A DNA stretch of 63,579 nucleotides, the filler included, from Octopus bimaculoides (Eukaryota): assembly GCF_001194135.2 (NCBI RefSeq). It is 12 parts of 11 records of this genome, joined end to end, with 100 filler letters (N's around TTAATTAATTAA, not from the genome) between each part and the next. Parts side by side here need not be neighbours in the genome. Positions count along the whole stretch, not along the records: positions 1 to 10,682 come from NC_068982.1; positions 10,783 to 15,393 come from NC_069010.1; 10 more parts are not named here. One strand, given 5' to 3'. This document shows positions 1-11,575 of this stretch, one piece after another. A program made the translations under genes and the position numbers. Position 1 is the first letter of the stretch. Every line of letters begins with the position of its first letter. The notes below the pieces were generated by a model. The model was not told the DNA's origin. It worked only from the letters and a program-made list of their open reading frames with translations, and ran no database searches.

Positions 1-55
<55 letters not shown>
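1..55. repeat. (GA)n microsatellite
   Basis: Perfect GA dinucleotide run at the window start. Dozens of similar (TA)n, (CA)n, (GA)n, (GAT)n, (AAT)n, (TATC)n and (TACA)n tracts occur throughout, often next to gaps. Confidence 0.98.
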
Positions 56-58
<3 letters not shown>

Positions 59-221
59 AATCCTGCCTATATTTTGATTGAATGGATGTGGTTATTAAGC
101 TTTCACTTTTATTATACTATGGAAGACTGTAGAGAATAAAACGTATGACTTTAAGGTTTGGTTGCAGTTTAGTTATATATTTAGGAGTTGGTTATGGGTT
201 TTACTTATTGAATTTATTTAC

Positions 222-433
222 CGATACCATTGCATGTAGGGTAAATGTGTTTGAAAGTTGTGGTTTCTATGGTATGTTTGTTCCGAAACAACACTTATGT
301 TAGTGCTGCTGACACCACCGGATTGAATGGTACTGCCCAGGTGTCGAAACCATAATGATATCAATGAGGCAGCTGATGATGGAGGTATGTTGGATTGTTG
401 GTATGGCTGTTTTTGTATATGTGGAATAACATC
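222..433 (-). CDS. Candidate exon of an unidentified gene (strand ambiguous)
   Basis: Minus strand: aag|GAT...CG|gtaaat, 70 open codons (DVIPHIQKQPYQQSNIPPSSAASLISLWFRHLGSTIQSGG...MQWYR). The plus strand also has a strong donor (GAG|gtatgt near 385), so the true exon may be on +. Retains CpGs within CpG-poor DNA. Confidence 0.35.
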
Positions 434-436
434 CTT

Positions 437-476
<40 letters not shown>

Positions 477-498
477 AGAATATTTATGCATTTATATA

Positions 499-837
499 GG
501 CATGGGTGTGTAGTTAAGAGGCTTGCTTTACAACCACATGGTTCCAGCTTCATTCCCACTGCATGGCACTTTGGGCAAGTGTCTTNNNNNNNNNNNNNNN
601 NNNNNNNNNNNNNNNNNNNNNNNNNNNNNNNNNNNNNNNNNNNNNNNNNNNNNNNNNNNNNNNNNNNNNNNNNNNNNNNNNNNNNNNNNNNNNNNNNNNN
701 NNNNNNNNNNNNNNNNNNNNNNNNNNNNNNNNNNNNNNNNNNNNNNNNNNNNNNNNNNNNNNNNNNNNNNNNNNNNNNNNNNNNNNNNNNNNNNNNNNNN
801 NNNNNNNNNNNNNNNNNNNNNNNNNNNNNNNNNACAA

Positions 838-906
<69 letters not shown>

Positions 907-1131
907 TATACATACATATATATATACACACACACACACACACTCACACGTCTGTGCATGTGTGTGTGTCTTTGTTTCTGTGTTTGTTCCCTGCACCACT
1001 TGACAGCCGATGTTGGTTTGTTTACATCCAGGGACTTAGCAGTTCAGCCTAAAATACTGATAAAATAAGTACAAGGCTAAAAAAATGGAGTCAATGATGC
1101 ATGGCCACAGTTCATTAAAACAGGTAAAAAG
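499..1131 (+). mobile_element. tRNA-derived SINE, family A (internal microsatellite, gap inside)
   Basis: Head ggcatgg...caaccacatggttccag...ggcaagtgtctt, internal (TA/CA)n, tail ...gataaaataagtac...catggccacag...aaacaggtaaaa. The same architecture recurs more than 10 times in the window. Confidence 0.85.
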
Positions 1132-1881
1132 CTAATAACGAAGATATACAGACATAGACATGCATTATCATCATCATTTAAAACAGATGTTAAAGGATGA
1201 TGATGATACATACTCACACATACACACATGCATTTATATATATGTGCATACACACAACATGGAAAATAGACATGACGATGATGATGATGACGATGATGAT
1301 GACATATTAAATAAAAAAATTTTGGATAAGGTCAAAATCAGCCTTATATTCACATATACATACACACATATACATATGTACATACACATATACTTATAAA
1401 TATACATATACTTATATGTATAGGTATAATTATGTGTGTATATCAATATTTGTGTCTATGTATATGTTTATCTACACATTTCTGCACACCATGAATTCTC
1501 ATATTCAAGGAAATGGAAGGAACAACATTTCATATTCAAACTTGGAACAATGTTATCAATCGGCTTCAATGAATGTTTTTTTTTTTTTTTTTGTGTCTAC
1601 TTCTACACCTCCTCTTATTTCAGTAATCCTGTTCTTATCCTTCAGCTTGCCTGTCAGCACAATTTTTCCCCTCCACCTCATCCTCACTTATTTCTTCACC
1701 TCTTTTCCTTTCTCTTTCCTTCTCCCTCTCACACCCAGTCTCTCACTCGCTCTCTCTCTCTCATACTGCTTCCTGTCTACATATGAAGCTCATGTTGTCT
1801 TGTGTTCTTCATGTAATGTGACCAATTTCTCAAACTTAGCTGTTTTCTTTTATTCTCCTCACACATCAAAGTTACTAAGTT

Positions 1882-1918
1882 AACCTGAAGAAGGAGACTG
1901 TCTGAAACGTTGGCAGTT
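1882..1918 (+). ncRNA. Degenerate type I hammerhead-ribozyme-like motif (possible Penelope-like element relic)
   Basis: AAC-CTGAAGA-A-GGA gactg TCT-GAAA-C gttg GCA-GTT. Core boxes present, stem II 3 bp, stem I AAC/GTT, U16.1 replaced by C. Follows a pyrimidine-rich stretch (~1600-1860). Confidence 0.35.
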
Positions 1919-1983
1919 CCATTCCGCACAGCAAATTCACTCGACGACTCTTTCTGCTACTTTTTATGTACACACATATATAA

Positions 1984-2029
<46 letters not shown>

Positions 2030-2557
2030 NNNNNNNNNNNNNNNNNNNNNNNNNNNNNNNNNNNNNNNNNNNNNNNNNNNNNNNNNNNNNNNNNNNNNNN
2101 NNNNNNNNNNNNNNNNNNNNNNNNNNNNNNNNNNNNNNNNNNNNNNNNNNNNNNNNNNNNNNNNNNNNNNNNNNNNNNNNNNNNNNNNNNNNNNNNNNNN
2201 NNNNNNNNNNNNNNNNNNNNNNNNNNNNNNNNNNNNNNNNNNNNNNNNNNNNNNNNNNNNNNNNNNNNNNNNNNNNNNNNNNNNNNNNNNNNNNNNNNNN
2301 NNNNNNNNNNNNNNNNNNNNNNNNNNNNNNNNNNNNNNNNNNNNNNNNNNNNNNNNNNNNNNNNNNNNNNNNNNNNNNNNNNNNNNNNNNNNNNNNNNNN
2401 NNNNNNNNNNNNNNNNNNNNNNNNNNNNNNNNNNNNNNNNNNNNNNNNNNNNNNNNNNNNNNNNNNNNNNNNNNNNNNNNNNNNNNNNNNNNNNNNNNNN
2501 NNNNNNNNNNNNNNNNNNNNNNNNNNNNNNNNNNNNNNNNNNNNNNNNNNNNNNNNN

Positions 2558-2600
<43 letters not shown>

Positions 2601-4657
2601 TATATAGACACACAGATATGCATTATACCTACACACACAACACATGCCTGCATACTAGCAGACATACAGTTGCTAACTACCACATTCCACTCATAAAATA
2701 TTAGTCAACCCATAGTTATACTTGAAGTCGTTTGCCCGAGGTGTCATCCAGTGAAATCACACCTAAACTACATGGTTGTAGACAAAAAAACAAAAAAAGC
2801 TCTTCCTTTAACCAAATGACTGAGTGCATATATGAAAACTAAGTCAGTTGTGCCAGGTCTCTCTACTCAACAGTAACTATATACACTAACTAGATTACAA
2901 CTATAGAGAATATAAGCTGTTAATTAGTGGAATAATTAGGAAATGAGGTTCATTTGATGACAAAAGCAGACATGAAGAAAATCCAGATTTAGATTTGGGA
3001 AATTTTCCAATATGTGAGGTTTAGCAGAAGCCACACAAAATGTCCATTTCATCATTTGATATGCTTGAATAAATAAGATGCTATACCAACCAACTCATTA
3101 ACCAAACAACCAAGCAATCACCTAAGCCAAACAAGGAGCTGCTATTTAACCATTTGACCTACACAGAATAGTAACTGAATCTTCCTTAACGTATTCTATG
3201 TAAATATAGTCTTACTCCAAGGTGCCTTTTTTAAAACTATTATTACTTAGATCACTTGTTAAGTAGATGTGATTTAAATGTTTCCTTTGATTAATTAATT
3301 GTCACTTCATTTGAGGCAACATTCTCCAGAATATCTCATATATTCTCCAAACATCTAAGTGAAACACACAAAAAGTTAAGTGTAAAATCCCAAGTGCACC
3401 ACAAAATACTTACACTAGAAAAGAAATAATTCTACCTGACCATTTCACTCCTTGCTCCAAATGAGCCAATGAAGGAAATGTCTACATGATTGATGGAGGT
3501 GTTATAAATAGTAACCAAATAAACTTCAAATCACATCCAACTACCTATAAAAGGTGAGATAATTCTTGAAACACTGTCTGAAAAAAGAAAAAAAAAAAGA
3601 AAAAAAAAGAGGGGAAAAAAAGGATAATCACAAGGTGAATCAAAGCAAACTAGGGCTAAGTAATAAAGGTTAAAAACTTCTGCCAAACTTTCTCTTCAAT
3701 CTTTAAAATAAGGGTCATGTTCACTTAAGACATTTTAAAATCTTGATTAATCTATTCTTTTATCAACCATTTTGGAGTTAAGTTGTGTCAACGGGAAGTT
3801 ACCAAGCAATAATAACCAACCAGAACATTTGAAAGGACCATATCTGGTTTGTATAGAGGTTGGGGTTAAAACAATAGGGAAATTACAGACTATAAGCTTT
3901 TATACACACATATAGGTGTAGATGTGTGTATGTAATAATGAATAACACATATTATAAGAATATAACATGATTGTTGTTGTTCCACTGCAGGTCAAATTAG
4001 ATTAAGCGAACCTATGACCACATGCATTCCAACCATGACCATCCTATCAATTTAAAGATATGTAAAACTACATACTCTAATGTCACTTCTATTTAGTTAA
4101 GATGTTATAGTGCGATTTAAGAGAGATTTGACTGTTATTTATAGAAAGTCACATGGTTTTGTTGAGTCCTTCCAACTCAGATGTCATTCATATGCATGAG
4201 TCAGATACTGGAGTCAATCCAATTGACTCCACATCTCTCTCTATATATATAAAATTGTAGCCTTGTGCCAATGCTAGTAATCAATCCTAAAAAGGCAGTG
4301 AAGTGATGAAAAATGGCAGAACATCAGGTTAAAGGCTGTCAGCTAAAAGTTCCAGTTCCCTTTATCATGAGTTTAAATTTTGACTATATCTCCTTCACTT
4401 TTCATCCCTCCTCAGTTGATGAACTGAGTACTGGTTGCTGTTGTTGTTGTTTAACCTTATGATGGCCTTGATTGAGCAGGCCTATGATCAAAGATATTCC
4501 AAGCTTCATTATCAAATGAGTCTTTTGCTTAAGACAGTATGATATCATTTGAGTGTGACTTGGGAGTTGTTGCTAACAAATCAAGTGCTTAGAAGCTCTA
4601 CCTATTGTACTAGTCATGAATTCAAATATATGATATATCTCTCTTTTAAATATGCAG

Positions 4658-4721
4658 TTTTGTGTGAACAAATTCATAGATTTCAGCAGCAAGTTGTACA
4701 GATCTTACACATAGAACAAAG
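4658..4721 (+). CDS. Candidate exon of an unidentified plus-strand gene
   Basis: ctcttttaaatatgcag|TT TTG TGT...GAA CAA AG|gtacag; reads LCEQIHRFQQQVVQILHIEQ(R); phase 1 in, phase 2 out, matching the exon at 8447. Confidence 0.5.
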
Positions 4722-7340
4722 GTACAGATACATAAACTGAGTTATTGAAAGTAAAAAGATTTAAGTCACATAGATAGCACCATGATGATGACAAGATATG
4801 AACCAGCATATAGAAAACTGGTAGTCTGGTGCTTTTGTCAACTTGACTAGCTGCAACTCTCAGACCTAATGAGAATTTAATATGGATAAATTACATGTAA
4901 TGATCCTAATTAATCATTACAAAACTACACCATATTTAAATTATCCAATTGATGACAAAGGCACTCTTTCATAACACCTTTTTATTCACATATTCCCTCT
5001 CTAACCCTGCCACCAACAACTAACTCTACCAATTTTTCTCCTATCCCTATTTGTTGAAACATGACAATGACTGATTCCTAAAACTCTTTTATTTCAATTG
5101 CTACCTTTAAAATAGCTTCCAATAAAAAAAGCTTTCAAAAAAAGACAAAAATCTAGCTTTGCAAATCTCACATTCTGGAACTCCTGATCCATTTCTTTAT
5201 TCCACAATTACAGCCTTCCTGAAGCAAGAGTGTTTTTTTTTTTTAAAAAACCTATCCTACCCAACTTTATACTTGAAGGTTAAAGTAAGAGAAGGGAGTT
5301 CTATTCACCACAAACCATTTTATATTTGCAAGACCTTCTGGCATTCTTTACAACTACCCCTCTCACCACTAACACCCCAGTTTCAACTCAGAAGCAAGAG
5401 TAAAACTGCTTCATTCAAATCACTTTAAAGAAAGTGAATTGGTTCTTACTCTTACCCAATTTGGAAAGCTCACAATTCTCTCTCTCTCTCTCTTAAGCCA
5501 CAACCTCTCACCAACTGCAAATAAATTCCTTAAAGCAAGACAAGAATTACTCCTGGAAACTTATTCAGTTATTTCTCTGCACTAATACAAAAATCAACAA
5601 TAAAGTTGATTGAAAAAAATGACTAAAATCTAATTTCATATATTTTCCTTACACCTCCCTTTTTTAAAAAAAAAATTGTCTTTTGTGTGTGTGTTTATAT
5701 ACACACACACACTAGTGTGTGTTTTGTGCATGAGGTTATGGGTATGCAGAATATATACAGGCATGAAAGTATGTAAATGTAACTGTATATGTGCACAATG
5801 GTGTGTATGCATGTAAGAAAAATATGTGTGTGTGTGTGTTTTATGTGCATTAAGTGAACATGTTGTGCATATAGATTTGTGCTTTAAACTATCATTAATA
5901 CTGATTAGGGAATTAATATAATAATTTCTTTTAATTTTTTTTTTTAAACCAAAGCTCCACCCTACTACCACTGTTTAAGGTCAGTTGAATGTTTTAAAGT
6001 CAGTGCCATACTATTCAGGGAAAAAAATGGAACTTTACAACAAAAATTCCAAACCAAACTTTATGAAATACTACCCAACCAAAAATACAATGCTTCTATT
6101 CATTGGCACAATGCCATACATTTGTAAGGAGTGGAGAAGTGTAGTTGACTGAACTGTCCACAGAATGCTAATGGTATTTTATTCCATCAACCCTGTATAG
6201 TTGAAAATAGATGAAAGAGTTACTGGCTAATGGGTTACATATAATTTATTCATTTCCTCACAGAAAACTATTTATTGTACTTATTTTCAAGGTGAGAAAT
6301 GCTTCAAAACTCCCTTCGTTCACTTCAATAAATAAAGTACTTAGCAAAAAGCTATTGTGCCCAACCAAAACTTGAGATATAAAGAAATTACATTGATTCC
6401 TTAAATTTGAAAATCATCTCAATTTATTGTCTTGAGTTTCAGGCATTACTGTGTGTTTAAGAATTTCACCATCCAGCTATGTGATGCTGGGTTCAGTCCT
6501 ACTGTATAGTGCTTTCTGCGACTGTACTATAACTGCAGGCTGACCAAAGCTGGGTATGTGTCCTGATATTATGGAATAGCCACAAACGAGTGTCACTGTC
6601 ATATAAGTGGAGTCTTTTATTTCCAGTCTTCTGCAAAAACATGTTCAGCCATATATACATATCTGTGGATGTAGTGCATAGAAGGGGTTACAATCTCTTC
6701 ACCAATTTTTTCCTCTCTGTCTCTCAATTTATTCTTGTTTAACGCTTAATATTAAATAGTGCAGCAGTATCCAGTGGAAATTTGTACTATTTTTTAATCT
6801 TTGAAGAATTATGGATAGAATGTCTTCCGTATGTATACCTTCTTTCTACAAGTATATCTTTGTAACTCTTATCCTATAATGAAAAATGTGTAACATCGAA
6901 TAGAAAATATACCAAATTTTTCCACTCTTTTGTTTTTATATATATGTGTGTGTGTGTGTGTGTATGCAAGTGAGTGAACAAACTAAAGAGGATAGTACTC
7001 AAACACATTTGGTTGGATTTAGCATGCATTTGATAACAGCTCTGCAAGTTTCATAGGCACATAAGATACATCTGCCTTGTCAGAACATCTGATGAGGTGG
7101 TATTTCTCTATGTACTCGTGAAACTTGAAACANNNNNNNNNNNNNNNNNNNNNNNNNNNNNNNNNNNNNNNNNNNNNNNNNNNNNNNNNNNNNNNNNNNN
7201 NNNNNNNNNNNNNNNNNNNNNNNNNNNNNNNNATATATATATATATATATGTATATAATGCTGAAGTATATGTATAGAGAGTTCTAATACCAAGGTATTA
7301 GTGTTGTTATGCCTAAGCGAAATATCAAAATATATTTGTG

Positions 7341-7606
7341 GTAAAAGCACCCATGCAGTGCCACGTAAAAGCACCTGTGTCGTGCCATGTAAAAGTGCCT
7401 ATGTGGCACCAGGTAAAAGCACCCATGCAGTGCCACATAAAAGCACCCACCACACACTGTGAAGTGGTTGGCATTAGGAAGGGCATCCAGCCATAGAAAC
7501 CATGCCAAATCAGACTGGAGTCTGGTGCAGCCCCACCCCCACTGCTTGCCAGCTCTGTCCACACCATCCAACTCATACTAGCATGGACAAATGATGATGA
7601 TGATGA

Positions 7607-7610
<4 letters not shown>
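7341..7610 (+). mobile_element. SINE family C (RTE-type 3' tail ending in (GAT)n) with amplified 24-bp internal repeat
   Basis: 4.5 copies of gtaaaagcacccatgcagtgccac, then gtggttggcattaggaagggcatccagc...catactagcatggacaaatgatgatg. The tail is shared with copies at 7672, 10822 and 19345. Confidence 0.8.
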
Positions 7611-7643
<33 letters not shown>

Positions 7644-7671
7644 GCAATGGCTTAAATCTGCTTTACACAAT

Positions 7672-7768
7672 CATCATCATCATCGTTTAACGTCCGCTTT
7701 CCATGCTAGCATGGGTTGGACGACTTGACTGAGGACTGGTGAACCAGATGGCTACACCAGGCTCCATA
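7672..7768 (-). mobile_element. SINE family C 3' fragment
   Basis: Reverse complement of ...gtccaacccatgctagcatggaaagcggacgttaaacgatgatgatg. Confidence 0.8.
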
Positions 7769-7804
7769 GTTTTTTTTTACTTAAATCTGCTTTACTCAAC
7801 ATAT

Positions 7805-7848
<44 letters not shown>

Positions 7849-8446
7849 ACATTTACATAAANNNNNNNNNNNNNNNNNNNNNNNNNNNNNNNNNNNNNNN
7901 NNNNNNNNNNNNNNNNNNNNNNNNNNNNNNNNNNNNNNNNNNNNNNNNNNNNNNNNNNNNNNNNNNNNNNNNNNNNNNNNNNNNNNNNNNNNNNNNNNNN
8001 NNNNNNNNNNNNNNNNNNNNNNNNNNNNNNNNNNNNNNNNNNNNNNNNNNNNNNNNNNNNNNNNNNNNNNNNNNNNNNNNNNNNNNNNNNNNNNNNNNNN
8101 NNNNNNNNNNNNNNNNNNNNNNNNNNNNNNNNNNNNNNNNNNNNNNNNNNNNNNNNNNNNNNNNNNNNNNNNNNNNNNNNNNNNNNNNNNNNNNNNNNNN
8201 NNNNNNNNNNNNNNNNNNNNNNNNNNNNNNNNNNNNNNNNNNNNNNNNNNNNNNNNNNNNNNNNNNNNNNNNNNNNNNNNNNNNTGTGTGTGTGTGTGTG
8301 TGTGTGTGTTTGTATGTGTAACTACTGAAACATACTTGCATGTGTATGTATCTGTTGGCTCATACATAAACGCAATAATTTTTCACATTCTAATCTGATA
8401 AATCAAGTTAATTTCTCGATTTTTTTTTTTTTTTTTTTGTGGTCAG

Positions 8447-8492
8447 AAATATTCCTGAATGGGCAATAAAACCTAATGACTTTGTGGGATAG
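8447..8492 (+). CDS. Candidate exon of the unidentified plus-strand gene
   Basis: T-rich tract + gtggtcag|A AAT ATT CCT GAA TGG...; reads (R)NIPEWAIKPNDFVG-stop, or splices at TTT|gtggga; phase 2 in. Confidence 0.45.
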
Positions 8493-8789
8493 ACATGATT
8501 GAGACAATTATACCTTTTTTTTAATTGCATTAGTGAAGTAAACGAAACTGCCTACCGACTGCATTTCAATATTCATCATACTTCTAATTATACATACAAA
8601 ACATTTGCATATATGTATATACACACAAACACATTTCCCTATGGGGTAAAATAATGCACATATGTTAAAATGCAATCATTTTTACACAAACACAAGTACA
8701 CATGAACACACATAAGTAGATAGACAAACAAACAAACAGTGAGACAGACAGACAAGCAGACAGATAGACAGACAGACAAGCATATAGAT

Positions 8790-9443
8790 TGGTGGTTCTC
8801 AACCATTTTTTACCTACAAACCCAGGGCCAGGTTAAGACCCATGGAGGCCTTAAGCACTTAAAAGATTTTGGCGCCCATCAAAGTATAAACAATTATAAA
8901 CCATAAAATAAATGTTCATTTTTCTAAATGAAACAAAGCTAAAAATAAGATGGAATATATTGTTTATTTTTGTATACATCCACTTCGTTTATATTTGAAA
9001 AGTTTTCTCCTATATTTTTTTTAATTTAAAAGTTTTTGACCAGATCCTTATTATGACACTATGAACGCTTCAACTATATTTCCAATCATGTAAACCAGTT
9101 TGAATATTACTTGAGCAAGTTTAAAGTGATTTCTTTTGTGTCGTGAATCCTTTACCATTTCTGTAGTGTCCCCTACTTCCCTTCATGCCCTAAGCATGTG
9201 CTTATTTTGCATAATGGTTAACCCAGCACTGTACGGACCCCTTTGATTCTTATTTTACTTAGGTGGACCCTCACAGTCATTCAATGTTTAAATAAACCCC
9301 TATTATATTTTTATGAATAAAGATTGTTAATATATTTGGTGTATTGTAGAAGTATAACCAAGTTATTGCACATAAATTTTAACAACAAAATCTTCCATGG
9401 ACTCCATCCCCAGGGTCATAGGGACCTCAGTAGAAAACCACTG
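8790..9443. mobile_element. hAT/Charlie-type MITE containing a nested MITE
   Basis: Ends tggtggttctcaacc ... agaaaaccactg resemble Charlie-type CAGTGGTTCTCAACC TIRs. Confidence 0.6.
8823..9231. mobile_element. Nested hAT-type MITE with 8-bp TSD
   Basis: TIRs cagggccaggttaa / ttaacccagcactg, flanked by tacaaacc (8815-8822) and tacggacc (9232-9239). Confidence 0.7.
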
Positions 9444-9873
9444 AGACAGACAGACAAACAGAGTGAGTGAGAGAGAGAAGAGGGAGGAGGAAGAGGAGAT
9501 CCAGTTACATGTTGGGGTAACTCTGGGCCAACAAACAGACTACTGAATCAGCTGAAATATATTATACTCCTCTATGATATTGTGTACTTTTTTCTTGTTC
9601 ATTAATACCAAATTGATATGTACATATATATATATAAATTACTGTACATAAGTGAACTGTACACATAACTGGGTCAGAGTGAGCATTCACTGATAAGCAC
9701 ATCGCAGAAAATAGAAACAGATGCACAATACACATGCTAAGTAAAAATAAATAAAAGAAATTAAAACTAAAGCAAAAACATTTGCAAATCAGGTTTTATT
9801 GTGTATTTAAGCATTAAAAATGAATTACATGTTCCTTATCTTTTATTTTGTTTTGTTTTGTGTTTTTTTAAAG

Positions 9874-9937
9874 CAATCAAGAATATTTATCCATCATCTG
9901 AGAATGTTACCTGCAGTTAACTGTTATTTTATGCAGG
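9874..9937 (+). CDS. Candidate exon of the unidentified plus-strand gene
   Basis: Long T-rich tract + aag|CAA TCA...ATG CAG G|gtaaga; reads QSRIFIHHLRMLPAVNCYFMQ in the only frame open across the exon. Confidence 0.4.
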
Positions 9938-10349
9938 GTAAGATTATTTGGTAATCAGTTCAGTACTATAATGAGTGTGGAATCATGGTATCTAGTAATG
10001 TGTGTGTGTGTGTAATGGCACAGTTAGAAAGAAGAAGAGGTACCAAAAAGACCTACTTAGGACTTTTATTTTTGCCATCCAACCATCCCTGTAACATTGT
10101 CAATTTTTGGACAATGGATCATAGATTTAACTAGTTAAATAAGTACAAGATATGTACTGATTTGATTCAATTGCTGGTGATACATACATCTTCCAATTTC
10201 CAACTTTATACCAATGTGATGAATCATTCATATTATACACTAAAAGATCATCGACATTTTAAAAGCTAAAAATTGCAGTATCAGATAAAACGCCTAAATG
10301 TACTTTGCTCCATATCCTTATGTTCTAAGTTAGGTACACAACACTGCTT

Positions 10350-10682
10350 TTCCCCTTCCCAGGCTACAGGCCCACACCCCCAACACCCATACTGTTAGGA
10401 TTGGCACTCTCAACGTCGGCACGCTGAAAGGTAGATCTGGTGAAATTGTTGAGATGCTTGAACGGAGACGCGTAGATATGTGCTGCATCCAGGAAGTAAG
10501 ATGGAGAGGAGGTTCTGCGAGGTTCCTCACAGGCAAAGAACACAGGTACAAGATTTTCTGGGCAGGGAACACTGACGGGGTCGGGGGCGTAGGAATACTT
10601 CTAGCGGAGAAATGGGTGGATAAGGTAATCGAGGTCGTTAGAGTAAGTGACAGAGTACTTAAGATCTGACTAGTGCTTCATC
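10350..10682 (+). mobile_element. RTE-clade LINE, APE endonuclease N-terminus (runs into gap)
   Basis: Reads RIGTLNVGTLKGRSGEIVEMLERRRVDMCCIQEVRWRGG...GVGGVGILL...VSDRVLKI, containing the T.NV and IQE.RW motifs of RTE APE domains. CpGs intact, so probably young. Confidence 0.9.
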
Positions 10683-10782
10683 NNNNNNNNNNNNNNNNNN
10701 NNNNNNNNNNNNNNNNNNNNNNNNNNTTAATTAATTAANNNNNNNNNNNNNNNNNNNNNNNNNNNNNNNNNNNNNNNNNNNN

Positions 10783-10815
<33 letters not shown>

Positions 10816-10821
10816 TACATA

Positions 10822-10978
10822 CACTCTCGGAGTGGTTGGCATTAGGAAGGGCATCCAGCTGTAGAAACTCTGCCAGATCAGATTGGAGCCTGGTGCAGCC
10901 ATCTGGTTCGCCAGTCCTCAGTCAAATCGTCCAACCCATGCTAGCATGGAAAGCGGACATTAAATGATGATGATGATA
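10822..10978 (+). mobile_element. SINE family C / RTE 3' tail
   Basis: ctcggagtggttggcattaggaagggcatccagctg...gcatggaaagcggacattaaatgatgatgat. Confidence 0.8.
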
Positions 10979-11196
10979 AGTAGATGTGTGTGTGTGTGTG
11001 TGTGTATATATGTGTGTATATGTATTTATCTGTATATATACTTGTGCATATATATATGTATGTGTATATTTATGTATGTATATATGTGTACATATATGTG
11101 TGTGTGTGTGTGTATATATATAGGTATATATATATATATATATGTATGTCTATATATATATGTGTATGTTTGTATATATGTATGCATATATATGTA

Positions 11197-11231
<35 letters not shown>

Positions 11232-11344
11232 GTTTGTATATCTATATGTATGCGTATATATGTATGTGTGTGTATATATATATAGGTATATATATGTACG
11301 TCTATATATATGTGTATGTTTGTATATCTATATGTATGCGTATG

Positions 11345-11383
<39 letters not shown>

Positions 11384-11404
11384 GTATGCATATATATGTG
11401 TATA

Positions 11405-11459
<55 letters not shown>

Positions 11460-11494
11460 CATTTAAGTTTTCTCTTTTTGTTTCTTTTTTCCAG

Positions 11495-11575
11495 TCGATG
11501 TTGTCCAAAGTTCGTGCAATGTTGAAAGCTAGCCGCCAAGCCATCCTCAAGGAAGACAGTAGTTCTGATTTATGA
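11495..11575 (+). CDS. Candidate terminal exon of the unidentified plus-strand gene
   Basis: Very strong polypyrimidine tract ttttctctttttgtttctttttttccag|TCG ATG...TTA TGA; reads [26 protein letters not shown]-stop. Confidence 0.5.
   Translation, partial: SMLSKVRAMLKASRQAILKEDSSSDL

Noticed and set aside
3545-3577. 33-nt minus-strand micro-exon reading DSVSRIISPFIG (MAM-like ARLISP)
   Set aside because: Good acceptor but a weak donor, 30 kb from the other MAM-like exons and inside the apparent plus-strand gene; could be chance.
7085-7132. CTGATGA...GAAAC hammerhead-like words
   Set aside because: No convincing stem II, and the 3' side is cut off by a gap, so stems I and III cannot be assessed.
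10728-10738. TTAATTAATTAA embedded in N-runs (also near 15437, 21207, 23177, 36732, 44169, 46340, 49167, 52441, 58729, 61384)
   Set aside because: The same short string always sits between blocks of N, so it is a scaffolding filler, not genomic sequence.
10964-11550. Long YIYI/CVCV/HTHT ORFs (here and at 1875-2704, 34897-35752, 39790-40365, 47759-48212 and similar)
   Set aside because: Translations of dinucleotide microsatellites and N-runs, which contain few or no stop codons.
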